This document shows positions 10,435 through 20,756 of a DNA stretch of 64,000 bases, piece after piece. The notes under the pieces were generated by a model. That model was not told the origin of the DNA and made no database searches. It saw only the letters and a program-made list of their open reading frames with translations. Position 1 is the stretch's first letter, and each line of letters opens with the position of its first letter. The DNA is from Myxococcales bacterium. GTDB lineage: Bacteria > Myxococcota_A > Polyangia > Polyangiales > DASUME01. The stretch lies in NCBI GenBank assembly GCA_047601445.1, contig JASGJH010000001.1, positions 4,320,001 to 4,384,000 on the forward strand, in the 5' to 3' direction. The position numbers and the translations under genes were made by a program.

Positions 10435-11903
10435 GCTACCTGGCCGGCGATGAGGGTCACTTGGGGATCGGTCTTGCCCACGTCGGGCAGATTGACCCAG
10501 ATAACCTGACCCTTGAGGACCAAGCTCGGGACCGGTCGGATGTTGAGTCCGGCCGCGTACGCCAGTGTGTTTCCGGGCTTGCCCACGCCGAATTGGTTCG
10601 GGGTCGCGCCCGTGACGTTCTCAATCTGCTCCAGCATGACGAAGGGCATGAGGGAGAGCCACGGCAGACGGTAACCCGCCAAGGCGTACCAACCCCAGCT
10701 CAGATTGTCGGCCACCTGGCCCCTCGTGACGCCGGATGGATCGGTGTAGACCTTGCGGCCGGGTTCGAGATACTTCACCTGGCGCGCAACCGCCTCGCTC
10801 TGGAAGTGAAAGCCCTTCACGTCCCACTGCACGTCCGCCGCCAACGCGAGTTCGTCGTATTGGTCGTTCGATTTCGTCAGGAGCTTGACCGCCCCCGAGC
10901 TCAGGTCGACCGCCGTGTATGGCTGCATGGTTGCGCGGCCACCGTAGGCGGAGACACCGAGCTTGAGCGAACCCACCGCGTCCGTGGCCAAGAAGAGGCG
11001 ACCGCCCAGGGCTTTGTTCTTGTCGTAGTCTGCGTTCAGGATGTCGCTGCGACCGTTGGAGACCGTGAAGTGGTAGCCGAGCGTGGTCTCGCCCACCAGC
11101 TTGGAGCCGAACACCTCGAGTCCAGTCTGACGCTGAGGAAACAGACCTTCGCCGACGATATAGGGCTTGGTAGTGGGGATGATGGTAGGGCTGCCGTGAT
11201 CCACGTTCCAGATGCCGTAGGGCGTGAGAAACTGGCCCAGGCGCAGGTTGAGCCAGCTCCGGTAGGCATAGTCCACGTGGACGCGTTGCATGATGATGCC
11301 GCCCCACTGCTCCGTGCGCTGGAGGTTGGCGCCATCGGCGGCGTCGGTGGACGTGTAGCCGCCCCCCGCAGCGCTGGTCCCATTGGGCATGTACGAGAAG
11401 CGAACTTCCACCAAGCTCGAGAATCCGCGGGTGAGGTTGGCGGCCATGTACAGGTTGACGTTCCCCACCGAGAACGCCGCATTGCTCGGCGGACTGACCA
11501 TGTCGTGAAAATAGGTACGGGAGAGTCCGGCGTCGGCGAAGCCGTAGAACGTGAGCCCAGGGCCATCCGCCTCGACTGCCTTTTGCTCGTCGACCAGCAA
11601 CGCTTCTAGCGCCGCCGCGTCCTCACTCGTCGTCTCATTCGCGGCGGCGGCAGGCGCAGGTGACGCGACCGTCTCCGTCGAACTTGGAGGCGCGACGGCG
11701 TCCTGAGCGTCTGCGCTCGGGGCGTCGGGCACCGAGGTGGCCGGCGCTTCCGGTGCTGCGCCGATAGCGGCTTGAACGTCAGGCCCATTGGGAGAAGCGG
11801 GCTCGACGCCACCTGCGTCCTGGGCGAACGCATGGCCCGAAGCCAGCGCCCACGCAAACACCAACGTGGCCTGAGCCACTTGAGAAATGGGATTCTTTTT
11901 CAT
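10422..11903 (-). CDS. Outer-membrane porin-like beta-barrel
   Basis: Signal peptide, Ala/Pro-rich linker, LRLGQFLTPYGIWNVDHGSP, NKALGGR, terminal aromatic residue (VAWAF). Confidence 0.8.
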   Translation of the reverse strand: MKKNPISQVAQATLVFAWALASGHAFAQDAGGVEPASPNGPDVQAAIGAAPEAPATSVPDAPSADAQDAVAPPSSTETVASPAPAAAANETTSEDAAALEALLVDEQKAVEADGPGLTFYGFADAGLSRTYFHDMVSPPSNAAFSVGNVNLYMAANLTRGFSSLVEVRFSYMPNGTSAAGGGYTSTDAADGANLQRTEQWGGIIMQRVHVDYAYRSWLNLRLGQFLTPYGIWNVDHGSPTIIPTTKPYIVGEGLFPQRQTGLEVFGSKLVGETTLGYHFTVSNGRSDILNADYDKNKALGGRLFLATDAVGSLKLGVSAYGGRATMQPYTAVDLSSGAVKLLTKSNDQYDELALAADVQWDVKGFHFQSEAVARQVKYLEPGRKVYTDPSGVTRGQVADNLSWGWYALAGYRLPWLSLMPFVMLEQIENVTGATPNQFGVGKPGNTLAYAAGLNIRPVPSLVLKGQVIWVNLPDVGKTDPQVTLIAGQVAWAF

Positions 11904-12325
11904 GATGCTTGATCCGCGTCGTGTGTGCAGGCCATGGGCAGGCCCGGCACGAACATGGAGAGGTCCGTGCACGTCCAGCCCGGATCGCAGCTGTCTGCGG
12001 TGCAGTCAGGCACGATGCAGTAGCCGTCTTTGACGTTGCAGAAGCTCGCGTCGAAGCCGGCGCAGTCAGCGTTGCTGCTGCACGGTTCCAGCTGCCCCGT
12101 GTAGCCGTGCTCGGCGCTCGCACTGGCGTCGCTGCCAGCGTCGCTGACCGGTGCCTTGGGCTCGGCCTTGCAAGCGTTGCCATTGAGCACGAAGCCAGAC
12201 TCACACACACAGAGGTCGTCCTTGAACACCTCGTGAGGTCCGCAACGGTTATTCGTATCGTAGAGGCACGCCGAGGCGCACCCCAACCAAGCGACCGCCA
12301 ACGCGGATCGCAACCAACTGCTCAT
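11900..12325 (-). CDS. Cys-rich lipoprotein
   Basis: Lipobox (ASAC) and EGF-like Cys spacing; 4-bp overlap with the porin start. Confidence 0.75.
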   Translation of the reverse strand: MSSWLRSALAVAWLGCASACLYDTNNRCGPHEVFKDDLCVCESGFVLNGNACKAEPKAPVSDAGSDASASAEHGYTGQLEPCSSNADCAGFDASFCNVKDGYCIVPDCTADSCDPGWTCTDLSMFVPGLPMACTHDADQAS

Positions 12326-12388
12326 ACTGTCCCCTTCAAAACAAAAAACTCAGACTCGTCTCGTCATCCCGCCTGAAGAACCCCCTCG

Positions 12389-15049
12389 TCAGGCCGAAGC
12401 TTGTCTCTTTCTGCGGAGCTCCTGCTCCAACACGCGCGCCGTCCCGGCGAACAGCCCGTTCACCCGACGGGCGAGCTCCGCGGCCTGACTCACGTCGCCG
12501 CTCTCGCTGTCGTGCTGAATGCGTTCGCACAGCGCAGCCATCGCAACTGCACCCACGCTCGCGCAGCCGCCCTTGAGCTTGTGGGCCAGCGGTCGAATCT
12601 TCTCCGGATCGGACGTCTCCACCACCTCGAGCAAGGCTTTCAGCTGCCCCGGAACGAGCTTGAGAAACAGCTCGATCACGCGCTCGGAGCGCGGCACCTC
12701 GGAGCTGACGAGCTCCTCGGCCACATCGTTGGCGGGCTCGGTCGCGGCCAGCGCGACCTCCAGCTCTCGTCGAAGCCCGGAGTCCACCAGCGATCCCTCG
12801 TCCCGACCAGGCCCCGTGAGCAGCCAGCGCGCGAGCGTCTGTTCGAGCGAACGCACCGGGATCGGTTTGGTGAGATAGTCGTCCATGCCGGCCGCGAGCA
12901 CCTTCTCTCGCTCTCCCGAGAGGGCGTGTGCCGTGAGCGCGATGATCGGAATGCGTGGCCTTTCGTTGTCGGCCTCCCAGGCCCGAATGGCGGAAGCGGC
13001 CGCGTAGCCGTCCATCACGGGCATCTGGCAGTCCATCAGCACGGCGGCATAGTGCTGCGTCTGCACGGCCTGGAAGGCCTCGAGCCCATTGCCCACCACG
13101 TCGACCTCCAAGCCGAGCTCGCTCAGGAGCTCCTCGGCGACCGCCTGGTTGATCTCGTTGTCGTCCACGGCCAGCACGCGTCCGTGCAAGCGGCTGCGGC
13201 GCTTGGCGCCCGGCTTCGAATCCTTGAGCTTGTCGCCCTGCGGCGCGTGGAACGCATCCATCAAGCAGTCGAAGAGATCCGACTCTCGGAGGGGCTTGGT
13301 GACCGTTGGCAGCCGCCGCAGCGCGTCGGGTCGGCTCGAGTCGCTCTCGTTCGTCATCAACACAAGAGGCATGCCCACGTGGCTCGACACCACGGCGCTC
13401 GCCAGCTCGAGGCCACCCTGCTCTGGCAGCTCGGCGTCCAGCAGCACCGCATCGAAGGGCGTGCCCTCCATCAGCGCACGCTCGATGCTGATCATGGCTT
13501 CGGCCGCGCTGTCCACGCTGACACAGCGCATGCCCCAGTACACCAGCTGCTCCTCGAGCAAGCCTCGTATGCTCGAGCTATCGTCCACGATCAGGACGCG
13601 CTTGCCAGCCTGCGCATTGGGGGCTGGACGCTCCGTCCCGGAGGCGGCCGTTGCGCGCAGGCTGTAGATGAACGTGCTGCCTTCGCCCAAAGTGCTCTCG
13701 ACCGTGACGGTGCCGCCCATGAGCTCGGCCAGCTTCTTGGAGATGGCGAGCCCGAGACCGGTGCCGCCGTAGCGGCGCGTGCTCGATCCATCGACCTGGG
13801 AGAAGGAGCTGAACAGTTTGGCCACGTTATCCCGGCTGATGCCCGGTCCCGTATCGCGCACCGAGCAGCGCAGACTCAGTTCGGTGCCCACGCGCTCCGC
13901 CACCCCGATCGTGAGCACGACCTCTCCCCGCTCGGTGAACTTCAGCGCGTTGCCGATCAAATTGGTGAGCACCTGTTTGAAGCGGTCCGGGTCTGCCCGG
14001 ACGAGCCGAGGCACCTCGGGTGCGACGCGGTAGGCCAGGTCGAGCTGCTTGTCCCGGGCGCGCGGCGCGAGCAGCTCGATCATCTCCTGGACCTGCGTGC
14101 GCAAATCGAACTCGCTCGGCGATAGCTCGTATTTGCCCGCCTCGATCTTGGAGAAATCGAGGATGTCGTTGATGATCGTCAGCAGACTTCGGGCGGAAGC
14201 GCGCACGATCTCGGCGAACCTCGCCTGACGCTCGTCCAGGTTCGTGCGCAGCAGCATGTCGGTCATGGCCAGGACACCATTCATGGGCGTCCGGATTTCG
14301 TGGCTCATGTTCGCCAAGAATTCGCTCTTCAGGCGGGTCGCCTCCAGGGCCTGGGCGGTCGTCTCGGTCAGTCGCTTGAACGCCCCGCTCACGATCTCGA
14401 GCAGCGGGCTCACGTACAAGTTGACGAAGGCCAGCGCGAGGGCGAGGGCGACCAGACAACCGACGCCTCCGGCCAACAGCACGTTCGCGCGCAGGCGGTC
14501 TCCGGCGCGCAGGCGCTCGGACGAGACGACGAGCGCCACGCGACCGACCAACACGCCCTCGATGGTCACGTCGCCATGGGAGTACAGCGCATCTTCGGTG
14601 CGTGCGAGCTTCCCCGGCTTGCCTCCGAAGAGCTCCGCGCGACCGATGTCCGTGGCGCCTGCCTTGTAGAGGACCTTGCCGTCGGCCCGCACCACCGTGA
14701 TGGCAAGCACGTCGGGATCATCGGAATAGTGCGCAATCTGACCGGCCAGCGCAGTCGGGTCCTCGGTCAACACCCCATCTTCCACGTCCCGGCCGAGGGC
14801 GAGCGCGCCGCGCGATGCCTTCCACTCCAAATCACGGCGTAGGGTCGGCGTGAGCGAGTCGAAGATCTGCGAGACGATCAAGAAGATCATGCCCGAGAGC
14901 GCGACCAGGACGCCCAGCGAGAAGAGCAAGAACCCCGCCTTGATGCGCTTGCCTAGCAGGGCGGTCTCTTCCGCCTCGCGCCTGAGTGGATCATTCTTAC
15001 CGAGCAGCGTGGCGTCCGAAGTAGGAGTAGAGGTCCTCGTGTCAGTCAC
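12389..15049 (-). CDS. Hybrid sensor histidine kinase (HisKA-HATPase-REC-REC-Hpt)
   Basis: FLANMSHEIRTPMNG, NLIGNALKFT, GGTGLGLAIS, two receiver domains (second with MDCQMP), Hpt AHKLKGG. Confidence 0.95.
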   Translation of the reverse strand: MTDTRTSTPTSDATLLGKNDPLRREAEETALLGKRIKAGFLLFSLGVLVALSGMIFLIVSQIFDSLTPTLRRDLEWKASRGALALGRDVEDGVLTEDPTALAGQIAHYSDDPDVLAITVVRADGKVLYKAGATDIGRAELFGGKPGKLARTEDALYSHGDVTIEGVLVGRVALVVSSERLRAGDRLRANVLLAGGVGCLVALALALAFVNLYVSPLLEIVSGAFKRLTETTAQALEATRLKSEFLANMSHEIRTPMNGVLAMTDMLLRTNLDERQARFAEIVRASARSLLTIINDILDFSKIEAGKYELSPSEFDLRTQVQEMIELLAPRARDKQLDLAYRVAPEVPRLVRADPDRFKQVLTNLIGNALKFTERGEVVLTIGVAERVGTELSLRCSVRDTGPGISRDNVAKLFSSFSQVDGSSTRRYGGTGLGLAISKKLAELMGGTVTVESTLGEGSTFIYSLRATAASGTERPAPNAQAGKRVLIVDDSSSIRGLLEEQLVYWGMRCVSVDSAAEAMISIERALMEGTPFDAVLLDAELPEQGGLELASAVVSSHVGMPLVLMTNESDSSRPDALRRLPTVTKPLRESDLFDCLMDAFHAPQGDKLKDSKPGAKRRSRLHGRVLAVDDNEINQAVAEELLSELGLEVDVVGNGLEAFQAVQTQHYAAVLMDCQMPVMDGYAAASAIRAWEADNERPRIPIIALTAHALSGEREKVLAAGMDDYLTKPIPVRSLEQTLARWLLTGPGRDEGSLVDSGLRRELEVALAATEPANDVAEELVSSEVPRSERVIELFLKLVPGQLKALLEVVETSDPEKIRPLAHKLKGGCASVGAVAMAALCERIQHDSESGDVSQAAELARRVNGLFAGTARVLEQELRRKRQASA

Positions 15050-15837
15050 TTACTCAGATCCTCCAGGGCGCGCTCAAGCCTCGTAACGTGCATGGCGGCA
15101 ATCGTGGTCAGGTTGGACGCCGTATTCGCGTCGTCCAGATCAGTGAACAGTCCCAAGGCTCCGCGCATGGCTTGCCGCGCTTCGAATGACAGCCGACCTG
15201 CTTCTGCGCTGCGCTCCACGAGCTCAACCAGCTTACCCACCGCCTTGAAGAGCTGTGAGACGCCGGCGCGCTTGAGTTGATCTCGCAACGTCCGGACCGC
15301 GCGCAGAAGTGGCTCCCAATCGAGCGCCTTTCCGGCTTTGCTGTCTGCGATGGCACTCAGTCCAGCACCTGCCGCGGCGGTGATGGCTCGTTTTTCGTCC
15401 GCGTTCAGGTCTCCCGTACGTCGATTCGCGGAAGCTGGCGTCTTCTCCTTGGAGAGCCCGCGCTGAAGGGCCAGAGGCAAGGTCTTGCGCATCGAGTCCT
15501 TGGTCACGGTGAATACGCCGGGCATGTTCGCCGCCACGCTCTCGAGCGTTTCGGTGGAGGAGCCTGAGATCAGGACCGTTGGCAAGTCACAGATCCTGTC
15601 CCAGCTGCGCAGCAATGAAATGAAGCGATCTCCGCGCATGACCGGCATGTTCAGGTCCACGACCACCGCGTCGATCCCTTCGCTCATGATCACGCGCGTG
15701 GCGCCAATAGGAGACGACAGACAAATCACCTCGTAGCCGGCGTCCGCCAGCACACTACGGATGGTCTCCAGCGCGATCTCATCGTCATCGATCACCAGGA
15801 CGCGCCTAGCCTGGTTGCCAATCCCCCGATTTGACAT
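15046..15837 (-). CDS. Response regulator receiver protein with a helical C-terminal domain
   Basis: RVLVIDDD, VVDLNMPVMRG; 4-bp overlap with the kinase start. Confidence 0.85.
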   Translation of the reverse strand: MSNRGIGNQARRVLVIDDDEIALETIRSVLADAGYEVICLSSPIGATRVIMSEGIDAVVVDLNMPVMRGDRFISLLRSWDRICDLPTVLISGSSTETLESVAANMPGVFTVTKDSMRKTLPLALQRGLSKEKTPASANRRTGDLNADEKRAITAAAGAGLSAIADSKAGKALDWEPLLRAVRTLRDQLKRAGVSQLFKAVGKLVELVERSAEAGRLSFEARQAMRGALGLFTDLDDANTASNLTTIAAMHVTRLERALEDLSK

Positions 15838-16322
15838 CCGTGAAAATGCTACCGAGAGACATTGCGCTTTTGAACAACCGATCTGCGCACGACGCGAGAA
15901 AAGCAGCGCTTGTGTGGCGCGGCTTGCGCGTCGCAGCCGGGGGACTTCGAGAGAGCGCCGCTCGCACGAGACTGTGTCCGCGCGATGTGCAGGCAACCTG
16001 ACGAAACGTGTCGCGGTCGCCTGAGTCCGTCTGCACGTCGCCGTAGACATGTTCAGAGTCAGACCGTCAGACCGGAGACACAAAAGCTCGGCCGACCGGC
16101 CGACACTCTGTTACCTGGATTCGCTGCGCCGCGCTGCCCCCGATTCGCCGCGCGCCCCGTACCGTCTATCCCGTCGCTCTCAACCCTCTGCCCCTCGCCC
16201 CCGCCAGCTGGCGTAGCGTCATCCCCCAGCGACATCACGTCGATGTTGTCCGCGCGCCCCTGTCGAGGCACCTGGTGGTACCCTGCGGCATGCGGTGGTG
16301 GCTTGGAGCATAGCTGGGGTGG

Positions 16323-16889
16323 TTGGGACTGGGTGGGCTCCCGACGGATCGCGCGCACGCCGCCGAGCCGATCCGTCTGCCGGTTCTCATCCACGTCGCA
16401 CAGGAGCAGCAGATCGACGTGGCCGAGCGCATCTTCTGGGAGCGACAGCTGGCGCGCGCCAACGAGATCTTTGCGCCCTACGAGGTCGCTTTCGAGCTGC
16501 AAAAGGTGGTGCCTGCTCGGGGCAAGCCGCGCATGGACGATCGGGCGGACCGCGATGCCCTGGCAGCGCAGCTCGAGGCTGGGGTAGTCAATGTCTTCGT
16601 GGTCGCCGCGCTGACGGACGTGGATGAGCCGCCGCGCCCGCGACGCGGCGTCCACTGGCACGCCGGGAGTCCTGCGGGAGCTCACTACGTGATCCTCTCG
16701 GTAATCGCAGAGCCTGAGGTGCTGGCCCACGAGCTTGGGCACTACCTGGGAAACCCGCGGCATAGTGAGGTGCCAGGGAACCTGATGAGCTATCAGCGCG
16801 GCGAAGGGCTGCCAGTACTCGATGAGGCGCAGCAACGGCGCGTGAGGACTACGGCGCGGGCGTATCGGCGCTGGCCAGAGAGGATGTAG
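16323..16889 (+). CDS. Metzincin zinc metallopeptidase (matrixin/pappalysin-like)
   Basis: HELGHYLGNPRH zinc motif plus NLMS Met-turn. An in-frame ATG at 16290 is separated from it by TAG at 16311, so the signal peptide may be interrupted. Confidence 0.75.
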   Translation: MGLGGLPTDRAHAAEPIRLPVLIHVAQEQQIDVAERIFWERQLARANEIFAPYEVAFELQKVVPARGKPRMDDRADRDALAAQLEAGVVNVFVVAALTDVDEPPRPRRGVHWHAGSPAGAHYVILSVIAEPEVLAHELGHYLGNPRHSEVPGNLMSYQRGEGLPVLDEAQQRRVRTTARAYRRWPERM

Positions 16890-17133
16890 CGGTGGCCTCG
16901 TCGGCGGCAACCCCGGGTTGTCCCGCATCGCCGTCGAGCACGAACGGAGCAGACACAGTGGCCATCCTTGCGAATGCACCGGCGCCATTTTGCGTGGAAT
17001 CCCCCTGAACCTGCTCATGCTATGAGGTGTCATGCCCGGTTGGTATGACTGCTCCGTGCTGGCCCCAGAGCGAACCGCGGAGTCGACGAGCCGAAAGCTA
17101 GAAGCGAAGCTCCTCAGCGAAACACGGTCCCCA

Positions 17134-17586
17134 ATGTCCCGCATTGATCGAGTCCTGACGACGGTCGCGCTGGCCGCACTCTGCATGGTCGGTTGCTCGC
17201 ACGACTTCAAGACGACACCGATACCGCTGCCGAAGAGCCGCCTACAGGCACTGGCGGACCACGTCAAGACGTGTACGCAGACCACCGAGGCGGGTTCCCA
17301 GGGGCCGATCCGCGAGCTGATCTTTGGGGTCACCATCGCGGACGGCGGCGCTCCGCGTGACGTGGCTATCCTCGAGATCCAGCCGCGTAACCTGGAGCTC
17401 GAATCATGTGTGCTGAGGGTTCTGCTCGCGGAGCACTTCGACTGGTGGTCAGGGGGATACTGCGTGGTGGGTCAGCTGCGGGGCGACGATCCGAAACAGC
17501 AGGTGATCACGGCGCCCGTTGTGAGTCCGATGGGGACCGCCTGGTGTGAGAGGCCATACGCCTACCCCGTGGTTCCGGAGCGCTAG
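17134..17586 (+). CDS. Lipoprotein with a TonB-C/AgmX-like domain
   Basis: Lipobox MVGC; VKTC...TIADGG..DVAI...LESCVL..L pattern. Confidence 0.55.
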   Translation: MSRIDRVLTTVALAALCMVGCSHDFKTTPIPLPKSRLQALADHVKTCTQTTEAGSQGPIRELIFGVTIADGGAPRDVAILEIQPRNLELESCVLRVLLAEHFDWWSGGYCVVGQLRGDDPKQQVITAPVVSPMGTAWCERPYAYPVVPER

Positions 17587-17608
17587 GAGACACAGGAGCT
17601 AGCGTCAC

Positions 17609-18170
17609 GTGAGCATGTTGGTCCATATTGCGCGCGCCTCGACGGAGGCGAGCATCAAGCGGAGCGGACTCCACGCGACGCGTCTTCGGATGCCGACCCG
17701 CGATGGCGAGCGAGAGGTGCACGGCGTTTTCCTGTTTCCCGTGCTCGACAACTTCGCAGCCACCTACCAGTGGGGTGCGCGAGCTACGGCGCCACCACGA
17801 TGAGCGCGTTCTCGCGGTCCACGTACGCGGGAAGGACGATGACGCGGTGCTCGTGGGGCGTTTCGGCACGCCGCAGCGTGAGACCTCGCTCGGAGACGCC
17901 ATCCGCTGGACTCGGAGCCACCCGTGGGGCGCGCAGATCGTCATGTTGCACGCGGTCCCAGCTGCCCGCGCACTACTCGGCATTGGCGGGCGCAACCGCT
18001 TCCTGCACGCCACGCAGACCATGGCCGAAGGCGCTCTGCTCGAGATTATCGATGACCTTCAGTACGTGGCAGGTGCGCGTGCTCTCTTCGAGCGGCTCCC
18101 GAGCACCACCGATGCGATTCGCAAGCGAGTCACGTCCGCGATCGAGTCGCTAGACCCCGATGCGACCTGA
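17609..18170 (+). pseudogene. Conserved hypothetical protein, frameshift in the G-run at ~17772
   Basis: MLVHIA...IKRSGL...GVFLFPVLDNFAATYQW continues as VRELRR...AVHVR..DDDAVLVGRF only if one G is removed from TGGGGTG. Confidence 0.6.
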
Positions 18171-18599
18171 GAGGCGTTCTTCATCAAAGCGGAGAGTCGT
18201 AGCGAGAGAGGCCGAGCGTCGAAAGTGCGTAGATGATGCCTGAATCCCCGGTCGCGAGGCCCGAGGGAATGGCGTCGATTTCGGACGCACGTGAAACCGC
18301 TCAGGTCCTGCGGCGTGCGACAGAGTAAGGGTGTGCGGTCTTCGGGTGCACGTCCACCGATCAGGGTGGCGACGTACAGGGCCCCGTGCTCGTCCAACGC
18401 GCTCGCCGCGGGGTAGAGGTCGATATAGTCCTCGCGATTCAGGAGGGCGGCGGACACAGGCGGATCATCGGCCATGTCGTAAACGATCAGATCACCGCTC
18501 TCCGTGCTGCCCACGAGCCTTGGCGTGCCCAAATGCGGGGACGAGCGGCGAGCCCGCGATCGACAGGCCGACGTACGGAGAGAATCCAATGAGCCGCGT

Positions 18600-18800
18600 C
18601 GCGCTCGCTGGTCGAACGCCCTTCGAACTCGGGCAGGCGCCGATGGATCACCAGGAACACCTCCTGGCAGGCATCTTCGAGCTCGCGCTCGGGTACCTAC
18701 CCCGTAGCGCCGCAGGACGCGCCACACGAAGGCGGCGTGCGCCCGAAAGAGCTCACGAAAGTCCTCAGCAGGTGGAGCATGGGTAGGCAAGCGCGGACGG
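18600..18800 (-). pseudogene. ECF sigma-70 factor remnant (region 2 only)
   Basis: FRELFRAHAAFVWRVLRRYGV, then a duplicated GGTA causing a frameshift, then PERELEDACQEVFLVIHRRLPEFEGRS. No region 4 follows. Confidence 0.7.
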
Positions 18801-19109
18801 TTCCTGGGTCGGGGTCTGCCATTCGTGCAGCCAGCTCGCATCTCGCCCAAGAAAATCGTCGGGGTGATGTCGATTTTCTTCGCGCGCTCCAGTGAGCGAG
18901 CGGCGACGGAGTCACCCCGAACAGCGTGTGTATGGTGGATTAGATCACGCCTGGACTCGCGTAGATCGCACCGAGTCAAGCCGCTCCTCGACGCTCAGTC
19001 CCCCCAAACAGCTGAGCTCCACGAGGTTCGACGTGGCTCCTAGTAGCAAGACCTCCGCTGAGGTTCGGTCGCTGTTCAGCCGCACGCGGTGGTCGGAAAG
19101 CGACAAAGC

Positions 19110-20681
19110 ATGAAACGACATCATCTCCCCGCGAAGCCGTTCGATTCTGTAAAGCCCATCTATGCGCGCTCGTCCATCTTCGGCAGTCTGGTGATCGCGA
19201 CGAGCCTCCTCAGTGGTTGCGAGGCGAGCCAACCCACCGACGAGAACATAGGATCGAACGAGCAGTCCATCGTAGGCGGCAAGCCCGCGCGCGGGCGTGA
19301 CTACCCGTGGATGGTGGCGTTGTTCGAGGTTTGGAATGGCCACCAGGAGTTCATGTGCGGTGGCACGTTGATCGATGCGACCCACGTGCTCACCGCCGCG
19401 CACTGCTCGGTGTCCGCAGAACTCGACGACGACCTGCACATGTTCGTGACCTCGCCGACCACCCCTGCCAACGTCGTGGTGGCGCGGCGCCCCGCATCGC
19501 TGTCCGCCCTGGAAAACAAGGACTACCTCGCGGTGCACAACGTCGTCGTGCATCCCCAATACGACGAGGGCTCGTCAGACTACGATGTGGCGGTGTGGGA
19601 ACTGGCGGCGCCGATCCGGCTCGCCGAGTATCCGCAGTTGATGACCAACCCGGTCGTCGTCGATTGGCTGAGTGCGCTGCATCTTCCCGTACGGGTCATC
19701 GGCTACGGCGCCCTGAGCGAAGAGGCCACCGAAGCCTCCGACATTCTCCGGCAGGTCGATGTGCCGCTCGTTTCTCGCGAGCAATGCCGGGACGACTACG
19801 CCCAGGAGTGGCCGGACATTCCACCGGAGGAGATCATCACGGACCGGATGGTCTGCGCTGGCCCACGCCGCGGTGGCAAAGACTCTTGCTACGGCGACAG
19901 CGGCGGTCCCTTGTTCGTGCCCACGCCGGGCAGGCCGCCGCTCCTGGCGGGCGTGGTCAGCTGGGGCGCCGTATGCGCCGCGCCCAAGCTGCCCGGGGTG
20001 TACGCCAACGTCGCGGCGCTCGCGGATTATGTCCAAGATTGTCAGGCTGGGAAGTGTGAGACCCGGGCACCGCAGCGCGAGTGCGACTGGGGCTACCTGG
20101 ACTGCGACGGGGAAGCCGCCAACGGCTGCGAGGCGCTTCCCGCGACCCCGGAGCGTTGCGGTGCGGGCTGCGATGCTGGACCTTGCGGAACGAGCGAGGC
20201 CTGCATCATCGGCGACGAGTTCTACTGCACAACTGCCAAGCCCGTCACGCCAGGCGTCACCTGCGTCTTCAAGGAGCCCGACTCATTCGGCGAGTACACC
20301 GTGTGGTTCAGCCTGCTCAGCGAGAACGAGGGAAGCATCCAGATCCCGCTCTCCGATCAGCACCTCACCAACGGAGCCCAGCCGTTCTTCACAATGGACG
20401 TCATTCCCTCTGGCCTCACCGAGTTCGCCACGCTGGCGATCCTCGAGCGGCCGGACGCCGGAAGCTACACCGTGACCGGTCCCGATGGCCAGGCTCGCAC
20501 GGCGACCGTCACGGCCGACACGCCGGACTGCGAGACGCTCGCCGGGCAATCCGAGGAGGCTCCCACCGATGCAACCTTGGCGCACGGCAAGAGTGCGCGC
20601 GACCTGGGCGGATTGGCGGCACGCCCGAACATGCACCGTACGTGGACACCACGGCGCGCGGGCGCATCGCGAGGGCAGTGA
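19110..20681 (+). CDS. Trypsin-like (S1A) serine protease lipoprotein with Cys-rich C-terminal domains
   Basis: Lipobox LLSGC, IVGG, LTAAHC, DYDVA, DSCYGDSGGP, GVY. Confidence 0.93.
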   Translation: MKRHHLPAKPFDSVKPIYARSSIFGSLVIATSLLSGCEASQPTDENIGSNEQSIVGGKPARGRDYPWMVALFEVWNGHQEFMCGGTLIDATHVLTAAHCSVSAELDDDLHMFVTSPTTPANVVVARRPASLSALENKDYLAVHNVVVHPQYDEGSSDYDVAVWELAAPIRLAEYPQLMTNPVVVDWLSALHLPVRVIGYGALSEEATEASDILRQVDVPLVSREQCRDDYAQEWPDIPPEEIITDRMVCAGPRRGGKDSCYGDSGGPLFVPTPGRPPLLAGVVSWGAVCAAPKLPGVYANVAALADYVQDCQAGKCETRAPQRECDWGYLDCDGEAANGCEALPATPERCGAGCDAGPCGTSEACIIGDEFYCTTAKPVTPGVTCVFKEPDSFGEYTVWFSLLSENEGSIQIPLSDQHLTNGAQPFFTMDVIPSGLTEFATLAILERPDAGSYTVTGPDGQARTATVTADTPDCETLAGQSEEAPTDATLAHGKSARDLGGLAARPNMHRTWTPRRAGASRGQ

Positions 20682-20756
20682 CGCAGGTCGTGAAGGCGCG
20701 CCGCTGGGGCGCCGGCCGCTGTGAGGGGAGCCACGGCGGCCGGCGCCCTGTACGCT

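Noticed and set aside
12401..14125. Long antisense ORFs (also 39905-41518, 42944-44263, 60965-62332)
   Set aside because: Shadow ORFs opposite well-supported genes, expected in high-GC DNA; no recognisable motifs.
19110..20681. Trypsin-like protease as part of the RiPP system
   Set aside because: More than 30 kb away, a secreted lipoprotein of a different subfamily (S1A), with no linkage.
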